The notes beneath the pieces are model-generated. The model worked only from the letters and a program-made list of their open reading frames with translations, ran no database searches and was not told the DNA's origin. From NCBI GenBank assembly GCA_030390025.1, contig CM059432.1:123444001-123508000 (forward strand): a DNA stretch of 64,000 nucleotides, given 5' to 3'. This document shows positions 40,200 through 52,285 of the stretch, in pieces. Source of the DNA: Squalus acanthias. Taxonomy: Eukaryota. How positions within the stretch are numbered: position 1 is the first letter of the stretch; every line of letters begins with the position of its first letter. The translations under genes were made by a program, and so were the position numbers.

Positions 40200-42015
40200 G
40201 GTGGAAGGCTGCCGATGCTCAAGTGTGGACCCTTGAGATGTTCGTGGTCAGAGATATCGGGAGCTTGGGTGTTCGAGGGCCCGGCTACAGACTGCAGCAC
40301 CTCAGCTGCTGCTGGTGCAGTCTGGTCCAGCTGGCTTTCTGGCACCACGGCGAGCATTGGTTGAGGAAGTGGTGAGAGAGCAGACGTGCTGTCATCCTAA
40401 GCGAGAGGGTAACACGCGCCACTGCCCCTCCCATGGGCTGCAGCTCATCAATCCCACTCACCTGCAAGGCAGCAGGCTGCAGGAGATCAGTGACACTTTT
40501 AAAGTCTCTATCCATGCGGTCCACCAGCCTATCCAAGGTGGTGTAGATGTTGGAGCTCAGAGTCAATGGCAGTAGTTTGAGCGTCGAACAAAGCTGTAAA
40601 CGTTGATGTCACAGACTCCTAGAGTGAAGGCCTGGCTTAAGCATCCATGGAGGTGATCACATGTTCCAATCCATACTGCAGAGTGCTGATTCCCTGCGAT
40701 AGAACGGACAGAAAGAGAAGCTGGAAGCTGACTCCTCCAAACTTTCAGAGATGGTATGGCAACTCCTTGGCAGACTTTCCAATCCATCCTACAATTGCAT
40801 GTGTGCTGAATGGAGTTTTCATTTGAAAGCTGGGTCCTTGAATTCAGCAGCTCTGTCTTCCTCAGCAGAACTTGGAGCTTTAGCTTGCCTTCCAGCGAGC
40901 TGCCTCCTGGGCTGTCCTTTCTATTATGCCCTGTTCCTGGTCAAGTGCTGACCCTTATAACTCACTCCCTAACCCCTCCCGGGTGCCATTCTCTGTGCTG
41001 GTACATGGGAGGGATGGAATGTGTGACGGTGCTTCTTCCTGAGAATTGTCCTCCTCAAATTCCTGTTCCATGAGTTCCAGGTACTGAGAAGGACCTAGAG
41101 AAAGGGAAAAGAGGACGAGCATTAGCATAGCACTGACAGGATAGAAAGTAGCAGACGAGAGGCTTTACTATGCAGCATTAAGTTGTGAGCTGCTTGAATG
41201 TGCAGCTGCCTACGGTTAATGGAAGGGCACAGTGTCACCCCCAGCCTTACTGTCTCCAATGCTCTTCACTCTGGATGGCCCCATTATCTTAAGAGCTGCA
41301 TTCTCCATCTTTATGAGACCCTAGATGCTAGGTGGTCCTCTCCCAGTCTTGCGCCTCTCCCTTGCATTATTAACCATTTTGTCCTGCAGAAAGAGAGGGA
41401 GAGAGAGTTGTTGAAAAGGGATGTACATATGCATGGGGCTTTTTCATAGAGTATGCATGCTGATAGGGAGAAGAAGCAAGTTGCAAATAGATGGGGAGTT
41501 ATTTAATGGAAAGATAATGGCTGGACTGCATAGCGAGAAAGCAGTCATCAGAGGAGATCATTGTTTGGTGTTTGCTACCAGGTGAGAAGAGACTGCTGTT
41601 GGCGCTTGTTGTGAAGTCAGCAAGTAAGAGGTGAGTGTGTGAATGGAATCAGAGGTACAATCTCCTCTTGGGATCAGTGAAGAAAGAAATGGTGCAGGAG
41701 TGGGAAGTGTTTACAATGCTAGGTGGGTGAGTGCTGTTGCCTGGTGCAACGCAGAGAAATGGAGATATGAAGACTTGTACTCACCCTTGCTACTCTAGTC
41801 AGATCATTGAAGAATTTCCTGCATTGAATCCGGGTCCTGGGGGTGATGCTTTGAGAGTCCACTACCTTTACCACCTCTCTCTAGAGCTGCTGCAAGATTT
41901 GTTTTGGAAGCTTCGTTCTATCAGATGGAAAGAGGACATCCCTCCGTGCCCTCGCATCCTCAAGGAGCACCTCCACACATGTGTCTGAGAACCTGAGGGC
42001 TTGCTTCCGACTCAT
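40200..42015 (-). pseudogene. Harbinger Myb/SANT-like gene 2 (exon 1 42015-41785; exon 2 from 41383; exon 3 from 41094)
   Basis: MSRKQALRFSDTCVEVLLEDARARRDVLFP...RTRIQCRKFFNDLTRVAR|gtgagt; cag|DKMVNNARERRKTGRGPP; later coiled-coil-like TTLDRLVDRMDRDF; contains internal stops. Lower boundary approximate. Confidence 0.8.
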
Positions 42016-43500
42016 CTTCAATGTTCAGATGTTTCCAGCGAAGCCACAGATAAATGTCAGTGATGTGAATGCAACCTCCCTCTGAGCTGTGCACTCACAC
42101 TTTAAATAGTCAACGGGAGACCCGCAGCAAATCCCCGCTTTACAAGTGGGCCGGCCTGCCCTTCATTAGCATGATTCAGTGGGCAGCCTGCCTATCAAAT
42201 GCTAATGAGACAAGGCAGTTAAAATCCTCTAGGCCTCACAATGATGACATCGGCCCGCTGTCCGCCTGAAAACCACTGCCAGTTAAAATCCCCCTCTATA
42301 GTCTTTCAGGTCACAGGAGACTGAACTTTAATACCAATCAATCCATCTCCTGATGGGTTTGCTTTACATTGACATTACTCTCCAAGATCTCCATGTTAGT
42401 GTTTTCATACTTCTAATTAGCAACGTTGCCACAACTGGGACCTTGCCATTTATTATATTGTTTTAATAACTAAATTGAATGAAAAATATTTTACTCTGCT
42501 ACTTAATAGATTAAAAACGAAGAGCAATCAGTTGAGAAGAATTTATTGACTGGACCTGTTGGCGTCACTGTGTGCAATGTTGTCTTTCTGGATAGCGCAT
42601 TATAGCAGGAGACCTCTACAAAGAACGGGTAAATCTAAACTCACGTGATTAATGTGCTGTGATAGATTTTCCATTCTTTTCACTCTACAATGTGAGACCT
42701 TTCCACAACTGGGAGAATGCCTGGTACTGGCTCGAAGGTCCTAATGAGACAAACTCAAGTAAACCAATACCATCCAGCTAATGAGCGATACTACAAGCTG
42801 ATCCAGCAATTGAGCTGTTAACTTTTAACGATAAACTCCACTGGAGCTAATGGGGCTAAGTGAACTGTCATAAAGGTGCAGGCTTCAATCCATGGATCTG
42901 TCTCATTTGCACTCATTGTACGCATTTCTCCAGTTCTTGATCAGGTTGCCAGACTGCTGCATTACTTTGTGTGGAAATGAAGAAGCATCTGGTTGGGGGA
43001 TGTGGGGCGGGGGGGAGAAAGAGGGGCAATTTTGCAAGATGAATCGAGGTTTCCCGTGGGAAATTGTGCTGTATGACTCTTGGGGCCCATTCTGTGATCT
43101 GAACTCCTGATTATTGAGCCCACGCCAGAAGAGAAGTCTCACAAAATTAACCTTCGGATCTGACGGTGGAGAAGTCTCACGCAAGGACAATGGGAGACTG
43201 GGGATGGGGTCATGAGAGACTTAAAATAATGTAACGATGGAGGGATGTATTAGTGAAGTAAAGGAAATGTGGTGCTAATCCTCTTGTTTCACATGAATCC
43301 AAGATGGGATTTTTTTTTAATGCAAGTGCAACTAGTAATCATTCCCTCCTTCGGGGATGACCTGGGAGAGGGCATTGATGTCAAAATGCTACGAGTACAC
43401 TGTAGTTTACAGTACTTCAACTTTCCATTCATTTTAATTGCAAGCAGAGTGACTGCGAATTCCATTACCAGATCTCCAGTCAAAATCAATTATAAATATT

Positions 43501-43742
43501 GCCTTGCACCATCATCCCTTTTGTCTCTTAATCTCTCCTGCCTTCCAGCCTATCACAGACCTTCCCTTTTGTTCTTTCCTCCCCTCCCCCCTCTCCCGGC
43601 CCCTGCACTTGCTTAAAAACCCGTTACATCTCCAACTTTTTCCAGTTCTGACGAAGGGCCATCGACCTGAAACGTTAACTCTGTTTCTCTCTCTACAGAT
43701 GCTGCCTGACCCGCTGAGTGTTTCCAGCACTTTCTGTTTTTA
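43501..43742 (+). mobile_element. Solo Penelope terminal repeat
   Basis: Homologous to 21829-22061 and to the reverse complement of 11245-11480; approximate TSD ATTATAAATATT/ATTGTAAATACT. Confidence 0.8.
43644..43680 (+). ncRNA. Minimal hammerhead ribozyme motif with intact core
   Basis: AGTT-CTGACGA-AGG(GCCATCGA)CCT-GAAA-CG-TT-AACT: stem I AGTT/AACT, CUGANGA and GAAA core, palindromic AACGTT in place of stem III. Confidence 0.7.
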
Positions 43743-45231
43743 TTGTAAATACTATAGTGTTCTGCTTTGGATCTAAATGATTGGAAAGTTGCATTAACAG
43801 TTTATGCATGAGATCACTGGTAGATCTGCAGCCATACCCTTATATTATTAGTCACTGGGAATGATTTCCAGTGTTGTTGCGGAATATTTTGAAAGAACAG
43901 CACTGGTAAAATCAGAGCTAATGCAATGGAAAGGTCAATGGACCAATTCAAAACTACAAACGATTGCCTCAAAGGATTATTGTAGACATAAATGATAGTC
44001 CTGTAGATCACCCTTTCAAAACATCACTTGACATTTTGAAAGAAAAATCAATCTAAAATGCTCCCAATTATCAGAACAAAAACTGACAATGTACATTTTA
44101 ATGCAGACAATATTTTCAGTAAATGGATTTTACTGGAACCTAAAACTGGCATTCCTGACATTAAGCTATTTCCTGCTTTTTACATTTCTGCATTGAAAGA
44201 TTTTAAGAACATTAATATCTCGCACTGTTTGTTCTCTTGAGACCTCCACTGTACAAGGTAGCTATTCGTAGACTTAAATCTTGGTTAAGTTGCAATAAGT
44301 ACAGAATAGAGGAATACTTGTGTCAAAAAAGATGAATTTTCAAGGTCAGGCCATTTCCTCCTGTGCATTAATCAAGATCAGAAGATGTAGATCGATGAAC
44401 TCTTCATTACCTTCCACTCACAGAACTCATTACTGGAATAGCAAATTAAGCTCTATTTACATGGTGCATTGGGCAGCACACCCGCAAATGGCAGTAACAA
44501 ATTCATGCTACAGTATATTAATAACGGCCTATTCTGGCTGAAAACAAATGCTGCAAGCTTTTATACTAAAGTGACAATTAAATTAAAATTGGTCAATTTA
44601 TTAATTAAGACTTCTTTTCCTATTCAAAAATGCATGAGTGCAATTTAATTTTTGCAAAAGAATTCATTGATAAGTTAACGTGATTAAAATTCAGTAATTC
44701 AGCAACTCCAAAGTAAATGATAAACCAGTCATACTCCACTGGCTAATTTTCAGCTTTTTTTATTACTATTCTCAGCCAAGTTAAATAAAGGACGCTGTGT
44801 TTTCTGCATCCTCTGATGATAGCTCAACTGTATTTTTGACAGGTCTTGTCAATAACTGTACTGTAGGAAGAAGAATTTGCATTTATATAGTGTCCTATCA
44901 CATCCTCCCAAAGCTCTTCGCATCTAATGGATTACTTTCTGAACTACAGCAGCCGCTATGTGCACAGCAAGATCCCAGAAACAGCAAATGAGATGGTGCT
45001 GCTGTTGGCCAAGAAAGAAGAAAGACTTGCATTGATGTAGCGCCTTTCACGACCACCGGACGTCTCAAAACGCTTTACAGCCAATGAAGTACTTTTTGGA
45101 GTGTAGTCACTGTTGTAATGTGAGAAACTGGGATAACTCTCTGGGCCTTCGATCAGTAGTGCCAAGGCATCTATTATGTCCGCCCAAAACAGGCAGGAAG
45201 GGCCGTGATGTGACGTCTCATCTGAAGGACG

Positions 45232-46569
45232 TGTAGGGGGTGGTGTTTTTGTGTCAGCTTCACCTCTGACTTCTGAGCGGTTCGAATCGCTCCCACTCCC
45301 TTGGTTCTAGACCCTGGACTTATTTGGGGGTTGTGATACAAAGGTGCAGCAGACAACTGAGTTTGATGAAGAACTTCGATCTTTATTCAAGAAAATAAAA
45401 CACAACACAAACACTCTTAACACTCTAAAGGTGGGGAACACTTCGGTACAAGCGAGGGAAATAACATTAAAATACTTCACCCCTCCCAATCCCACTTCAC
45501 TAGCTAGGTTGGGCTCTGGATAACCAGGGATAATGCTCACCAAACGAATCCTTGACAGTTGAGAGTTAGGGTTTAGAGTCTTTTGAGTAAAAGGTTTCGT
45601 AAGGCCCTTATTGCCGCGAGGTGTCCGATGGTCACTGAGGCGGTCGCTCTGGTCTCTTCTTGCGTGTCGGCCTACTTCTGGAGCTGTTGGCCTTCTTTGT
45701 TGAACTTCTTTCTGTTGAACTCTGCCTCTGTTTAAACTGTCTTCTTCCGAGCTGTGGAACTGCCTTCTTGCAGAACTATAACTGTTGTGCTGAAGAACTG
45801 GAGAACTCCCTCCTTACTGAACTGTCTTCTTTAACTGCCCAACTTGCTTCTCCTGAACTCTAATTCCAGCACTGACTTCTGCTGAAAACAGGCTTTCAAA
45901 TTGAACTCCAAAACTGCAGAACTGCCTTCTGTTGAACTTGAACTATTGTTACTGCTGAACTGCTTGATGGGCCTTCAATTATACTAAATTGAAGTGGCCT
46001 TATCAAAACTAAATCAAATCCCGGTCATTGTAAGGCCTCGTTAACAGTAACGACTTTACTAGCGTGTTAACTGGTTTTGTAAATGCGTGAAGTGGTTTCA
46101 AGATAGCTCCATCCTGTCGATCTGTTGTTTAATCGCATTTTGAATTGTCCTCATGTTTTGGGTTTCTTGACTGGGCCTAGGACTTCTATAGAATATTTGC
46201 TTTATGCATATCTTTAATGGGTTCTGTAATCGGTTTTGATGGGACCTGTTGTTTTGGGTGGGACTGTCTCCTCCCAGGGTCTATTGTCAAAATGTTAATG
46301 CTTGCTGGGGCTTTGAGTGAGGTCATCCCGATTCCCCAGACATTGCAATTAACTGCAATAACCAAAACTGCTTTTACAGAGGTCGAACCCAACTTCCTTC
46401 ACAGCCTTTTCTCCCTTTACAGGCCCAGACATGTTTTTAAAATGCCAAAACTTGGTTTTTGGTCTTAAATTCCTTATGTTAGGCCCAAATGCATTTTTAT
46501 CACTCTGAGGTAGTTCCAAAGTCCTTTTTCCTTAGGTTTTGGGGATCTGCAAATTTTGGAAACCTTACA
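45232..46569 (-). mobile_element. Solo LTR (1338 bp) inserted into a DeuSINE remnant
   Basis: TGTAGG...CCTTACA termini; 4-bp TSD GACG at 45228-45231 and 46570-46573; minus-strand AATAAA at 45382-45387; SINE sequence continues on both sides. Confidence 0.85.
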
Positions 46570-47637
46570 GACGGCACCACAAACCCTGCAACCCTCCCTC
46601 AGTATTGCACTGCAGTGTTATCCTAGACTATGTGCTCGAGTCCTGGAGCGTGGCTGGCTCCCGCAACTTTCTGAGACAACCTGACAGAAGGAAAACAACA
46701 GACAACCGGATGATGTGACCACATATGATGGTTGAGGTCAAACTAAAAAAAAATGTAAGTGATACAAGCCCTGTCTGTGAAAGCAGAGACTGAGGCCTCA
46801 GAGTGAGCCGGGTTAACATGGCAGACGGAGTGCGAAATCCGGTTATCTGACTATACAGTTTGAATTTTAAATATCCGGTTAGTTTACCAGAAGCTAGGCG
46901 ATCCATCTGTAATTGGATATTTCAGAGTAGTATGGAAAGGGTAAGCTTCTGCTAAAGACAATCATTAGTAATGTGATAACCCTCATGGTCCAGAAATCGA
47001 TTCATACTGTGTGCTTTCTCCGATTTGTCACAATGCCACAGGTTTTTCTTGAGTGGACGACCCAACTTCCATGAATTTTATTTTCAGGCATCATTCTGAA
47101 ACTGGGCTCTGAAAATATTTCATAATTTAAAATCAGGGGCGTAACGAATCAGATTCAGATGAACCACATAATCCTAGATTTACTAAAACAAATGGGCCAT
47201 TTCTTTAGACCCCAGCTGATCCATACTTTCATTTGCTTATTCATAGGTGCCGTTAGTTGTATTTGTATGCGAGCTATGCATAGCGCATGATCACTTCGTC
47301 CAAGAGATGCTTCAGCTTGCAAACTGAATTGGCCAAATTAGCATAATTTCTGTTTACTTGTTAATAATCTAATTGGGTCACTATAAGCTTCCCAATTAGA
47401 AAAATAATAAAGTGAGTTGCAAATCCATATAAGACTGCTCCTCTATAACGTACTATTAAATTTTACATGACGAACCAAAGCTTTGTTGGTTCAAACAGTG
47501 TGTCTGTGTAGTAAAGGTAGTTGACGGATAAGCAACTGTGACTGCAGGCACAGCAAAGAAACTGGTGCTACTGAGGGAGGGGCATTGGGAAGGTATTTAT
47601 TCCATCCCTGGTAGCCGATTATGTTTGCAGGGTGGTT

Positions 47638-47962
47638 AGCACCCTTCCCTATCTGTATAACCTCCACCAGCCCTACAGCCCCTTCAAACTCCTTGCATTC
47701 CTCCCCCGCTCCCCCCACCCTTCGCGCCACCATTGGCAGCCCTGCCTTCAGCTGCCACACTCTGGAATTCCCTGTGCGCCCATCTTTCTCTCCTCCTTAA
47801 AGATCCTCCTTAATACCAAATTATTTAACTGAGCTTTTTGTCACCCCCCCCTCTTCTTCTTTGGTTCAGCATCCAGATTTTATTACACCTCTGTGAAGTG
47901 CCTTGGAAGGTTTCTCTATGTTAAAGGCGCTATATAACTGCAAGTTGTTGTTGCTGCTGTTG
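47638..47962 (+). mobile_element. Degenerate L2 3' fragment
   Basis: Similar to 28700-29053; tail AAAGGCGCTATATAACTGCAAG(TTG)n. Confidence 0.75.
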
Positions 47963-48689
47963 TCCGATTACATGGTTTGAATTTTGAATATCCATGTTGC
48001 TTGAAGTTCTAGGCAGCTTCTCTCAGTACTTTATGAGCATAACATTTTGTGCTTTGCTTTTTTAAAGATTATATTTTTGATGCCTCCAAACCCCCCCCCC
48101 CCCCCCCCGCAAAACATAGAAACATTAATTTATCCCTGGTGATTAGAAACTGATTGTCTAATGGAAGCAGCTCATCTTGGCTCCAGCTTTAATGGATTTT
48201 GGCCAATTCACGAGGCCGAACTGAACCCTGGAACTAAGACATGTTCACGTATTTCTATTCGCTTGCACTTGATGTAAGATTACCTAATGAACAAAGCAAA
48301 AGTATCTGCTGGATCAAATTTTTATGAAGTCTTTCTATGATGGTTAATGAAATGGGCCTCATTTCTTCACACCGATTTAAGCACTCCTACATACTCTGTC
48401 TTGTTCACTTATTTTTCAAATGTTTAGTTGATCGCCACCTCCTTGTGGATTATGGCATAGATTTTTGCATAACTTTTCACTCAGACACTTCTTCTCAAGA
48501 CTTCCTCCACAATGTAGAACTGTGAGCCATTAATCAAGCACTTCAGCTATGCTGGAGTAAATCAAGAGAATATACTCTAACATGGAGCTGTGGCATTGTA
48601 AAATATTTAAAAATCGTTTCTCCCATGTTTTAAAAATCACTAACAGGTCACATGTGGCATTGCTCGTGATATTGGATGATATACCTTCC

Positions 48690-49219
48690 ATGAACCCTGC
48701 GTTCTCCAACTCTGGCCTCTTGTGCACCTCCCACTTCCTTCGCCCCTTCTTGCCTTCAGCTGTATAGGCCCATAGCTCTGGAATTCCCTCGCTAAACTTC
48801 TCTGCCTCCCAATTTCTCTTTTCTCCTTTAAGACCCTACTTAAAACCTACCTCTTAACCAAGATTTTGATCACCCATCCTAAATATTTCCTTAGCAAAAT
48901 ACTGCGGATGCTGGAAATCCGAAATAACAACAGAAAACGCTGGAAAAACTCAGCAGGCCAGGCAGCATCCGTGGAGAGAGAAAGAGAGTTAACGTTTCAG
49001 GTCGATGACCTGATGAAGGGTCATCGACCTGAAACGTTAACTCTCTTTCTCTCTCCACGGATGCTGCCTGGCCTGCTGAGTTTTTCCAGCGTTTTCTGTT
49101 GTTATTTCTAAATATTTCCTTCCTTGGCTCGGTGTCAATTTTTGTCTGTTTACATTCATGTGAAGCACCTTGGGACGTTTTCCTACATTAAAGGTGCTAT
49201 ATAAATGCATGTTGTTGTT
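48690..49219 (+). mobile_element. L2 3' fragment carrying a Penelope hairpin insertion
   Basis: CTCTGGAATTCCCT...AAAACCTACCTCT...AAAGGTGCTATATAAATGCA; interrupted at 48893-49107. Confidence 0.75.
48893..49107. mobile_element. Penelope terminal-repeat fold-back insertion
   Basis: Perfect inverted arms 48921-49010 / 49019-49108 with an 8-nt loop; 14-bp TSD CTAAATATTTCCTT at 48879-48892 and 49108-49121. Confidence 0.9.
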
Positions 49220-49584
49220 AAGAACATAAGAAATAGGAGCAGCAGTAGGCCATTCGGCCCTTCAAGTCTGCTCCGCCATTCAATGAGATCATGGCTGATC
49301 TTCTGCCTCAACTCCATTCACCGGCGCTATCGCCATATGCCTTGATGCCCTTACTAGTCAGAAATCTATCGACTTCTGTTTTGAATATACCCAATGACTG
49401 AGCTTCCACAGCCCTCTGGGGTAGAGAATTCCAAAGATTCACCATCCTCTGTGTGAAGAAATGTCTTCTCATCTCAGTCCTGAATGGCCGACCCTTTATC
49501 CTGAGGCTGTGGCCCCTGGTTCTAGACTCCCCAGCCAATGGAAACATCCTCCCAGCATCCACCCTATCAAGCCCTGTAATAATT
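49220..49584 (-). mobile_element. CR1 3' fragment (close relative of 20141-20510), inserted into an L2 (TTG)n tail
   Basis: ORF 49308-49562; TGTTGTTGTT on both flanks. Confidence 0.88.
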
Positions 49585-50764
49585 TGTTGTTGTTGTATAC
49601 TGTGACTAGAGTGTTATAGCACAGAATGCACAATATATTATTTTGCTGCCAAAATGAATCAATGTTTGAGCTGCCCTATCCCTCGAAGAGCATAACATTT
49701 AATTGCTGTAAATAAACACAGCCCGAAAATCAGAGTTCCATTTCTGGTGACTGAGGGAAGTTTGTGGATTTTCTATCCAGTACCTTGAAACTAATACAAA
49801 TTGAATTTTGAAACTCTTCAATATCTCATGAATGGGGGTAAAAATTCCTCTGTGCTTTGATATTTAGTATGCCTGCATCAAATTCCTGTGTACTCTTCCT
49901 AACACAATAGTTGACTTGTTTAAAATAAATGGGTTAAAGGCTTCGCTAAAATATCTCACACAGTAACTTGCCAAATATGGCGCTCAGAGGAATTTTTATT
50001 TCCGAATTTCCGAGTGATGTTTTCACCAATTCACAAAGGAACCACAACACCAAAAAAGAGTTTGACTGATGGTTGGATTGGACATGAACAAGGAATAGCC
50101 CATATACCAGATTACAGGAGAGTTGTGGCTGGAGTTTAAATAGAATATAGAATGTAAACCCCTAAACTTTCAGGGCATCATGAGGACGGAATGGAAGATT
50201 TCCATCTGGGGAGCCAGAAATTTGAGACACAACCCGATTAACACCAGTAACGTCTGCTTGCCTCTTTACATGAAGGGAGCATGTCTAAGGGAATTCTCAG
50301 GCTCCGGCAGGGAATTCCACCCTTATAAGGCCTCAGTGGAACATGCCGGCTGAGAGTTGGCATTAGCCCCACTGAGGGCCTTGAGAAGGCCTCAACCTTT
50401 ATACGCGGGGGGTTTGATTACCCTCCCCAAGAGCGCTGTTCGCTCCATTGGGAGCAGAAGATCGTACCAGTGGGCCCTTGCTGTACCTCCGCTCTGCTGT
50501 CGGAGTGGCATGGCACCACCGAAGCACCCTTGCGGGCCTGATGATCATGCGACTGGCAAGCAAATGGTCCTGTGCCAGGATTCCGGAAGGGATCCCTGGC
50601 TTTGGGCTAGGAAAATGGGGGCTCAGCTCTGCTACATTTCTGCTGGCAGAGTCGGCCCCTACAAATATCAGTCCTAACAACCTAACTGAAATTTCACAGC
50701 TGCAGCTTACTTTCCATAGTTCCATGTCCTAACTTAGGCGTCAGCCTAATAATTTATTTATTAA

Positions 50765-51012
50765 GGATGCACGGCACTATTTGAAGATGAGGAGGGGAGT
50801 TTGCCCAACGTCTGGCCAAATTATTTATTCCTTAACCAATATCACTAAAACAGAATATCTGGTCATATGTTTCATTGCTGTTTGTGGGACCCTGTTATGT
50901 GCAAATTGGCTGCTGACTCTACCTCAAAAAGTACCTCATTTGCTGTAAAGTGCTTTAGGACGCCCTGAGGCCATGAAAGACGCTATATAAATGCAAGCCT
51001 TTTCCTTTCCTT
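50765..51012 (+). mobile_element. DeuSINE 3' half
   Basis: GGCACTATTTGAAG...GCAAATTGGCTGC...GCTATATAAATGCAAG, homologous to 2173-2440. Confidence 0.7.
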
Positions 51013-52285
51013 TAACTAAACACTAAAAACACTATGGCGTAATACACAGGAGGCATGGTACTTGTTCTTTTTTCCCAAAATAGAGCATGTACAGCACAAT
51101 GTCATAGCTTTCTGCTTCACTTGCTGCATTCCATGTGCATAGGATGGCAGTTCCGATTTCTTCCCAGATTTCGTGCTCTCCTGTACTTTCTTGCAGCCAT
51201 TATCGTTCTAAAGCTGAATCTTGTATACAAATTGTACTTTGTCTGATCTGATAGGATATGTGTGTAAATTATAAGGGAGTGCAAATTTGAAATGATCACA
51301 GAGACCATTACAAACCATTAGGATTGTACAACATGATTTAAAAAAAAATTGTACAGTGACACAGAGAAAGAGAGTTACTGGTGCCAGCAGACTGAGGAGT
51401 CTGTCACTACCCTGTTCATTGTAGCATCAAATTACTGTGCCACTATAAACGCGGGGTTAATACATGGCACAAGGTGATGCTATTGCTTTTTGGTAGTTGC
51501 ATAAATAAGATAAAATCAAGTCTACACCGTTGCACTGCGTCAACTCACTCATTCATAATCCGTGTATATCAATATCTTGCTATTTTCTAGCAAAAAACAA
51601 GCCTGGCCCAACTGGGGGGATGCCTTGCTTGACTTTTATTCAGCCCAACTTGGTGTGAGGTAAGCTGTTGGACAGCATTTTAGTGGCCGTGGAGTCAAGT
51701 GTGGTGGCTGATTGTTAGTTAAAAATAACTATTACCTTTACATGTTAAAAATGACTTTCGTCAGTCTCTAATGAAATCTGTCATTAAGGTATTTAAGAAT
51801 TGTCACACATTTTAATTTTGCTTCCTTCTAATGTGCTAATTACTAATAGCCCCTTTAATGATTTTGCCCAATTGCCGAGATGTCACCGATACTAGATTTT
51901 GAATTGCTGAAAGTGATTTGCTAATGACTGGGGAAAGAGCAGAGATTTTACAGTATTTCTATATTCTGGAGACTGTACGGGTCGTAAAGCCTATTGACCT
52001 AATCTGTTTCCTGTATTTTGGCTCCATGTTTCTTGTATATACAGAAGTAAAAAAATGAAGAGAGACACTAAATTGCTTCATGCTTTTTCAGTATGTGTTG
52101 AACCTGTGTGCTTACAGGTATTTGTTTTTAATCAAATGTTATATTATTTATAACATCACATGAGCCTCTACCATGGTTTCCTGGGGCTGAGAGCCTCTTG
52201 GACTGGTTTGAAGTTGGCACCCCTCCTCCTCCCTGCTTGTTCCTATGAAGCTACTCCAGGATGGCGGGTGATGGTCCCGTCGTTG

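Larger units (their letters stand above)
37089..42296. mobile_element. Harbinger transposon region (Myb-like gene 1 +, transposase -, Myb-like gene 2 -)
   Basis: Terminal motifs GGCTGCGATTTC (37089) and AAAATCCCCC(TC) (~42294-42296); coding content listed separately. It is unresolved whether this is one element or two fused ones. Confidence 0.7.

Noticed and set aside
42400..43490. Unique region with short ORFs on both strands
   Set aside because: No domain similarity or convincing splice pair; it could be non-coding functional DNA but the sequence alone gives no support.
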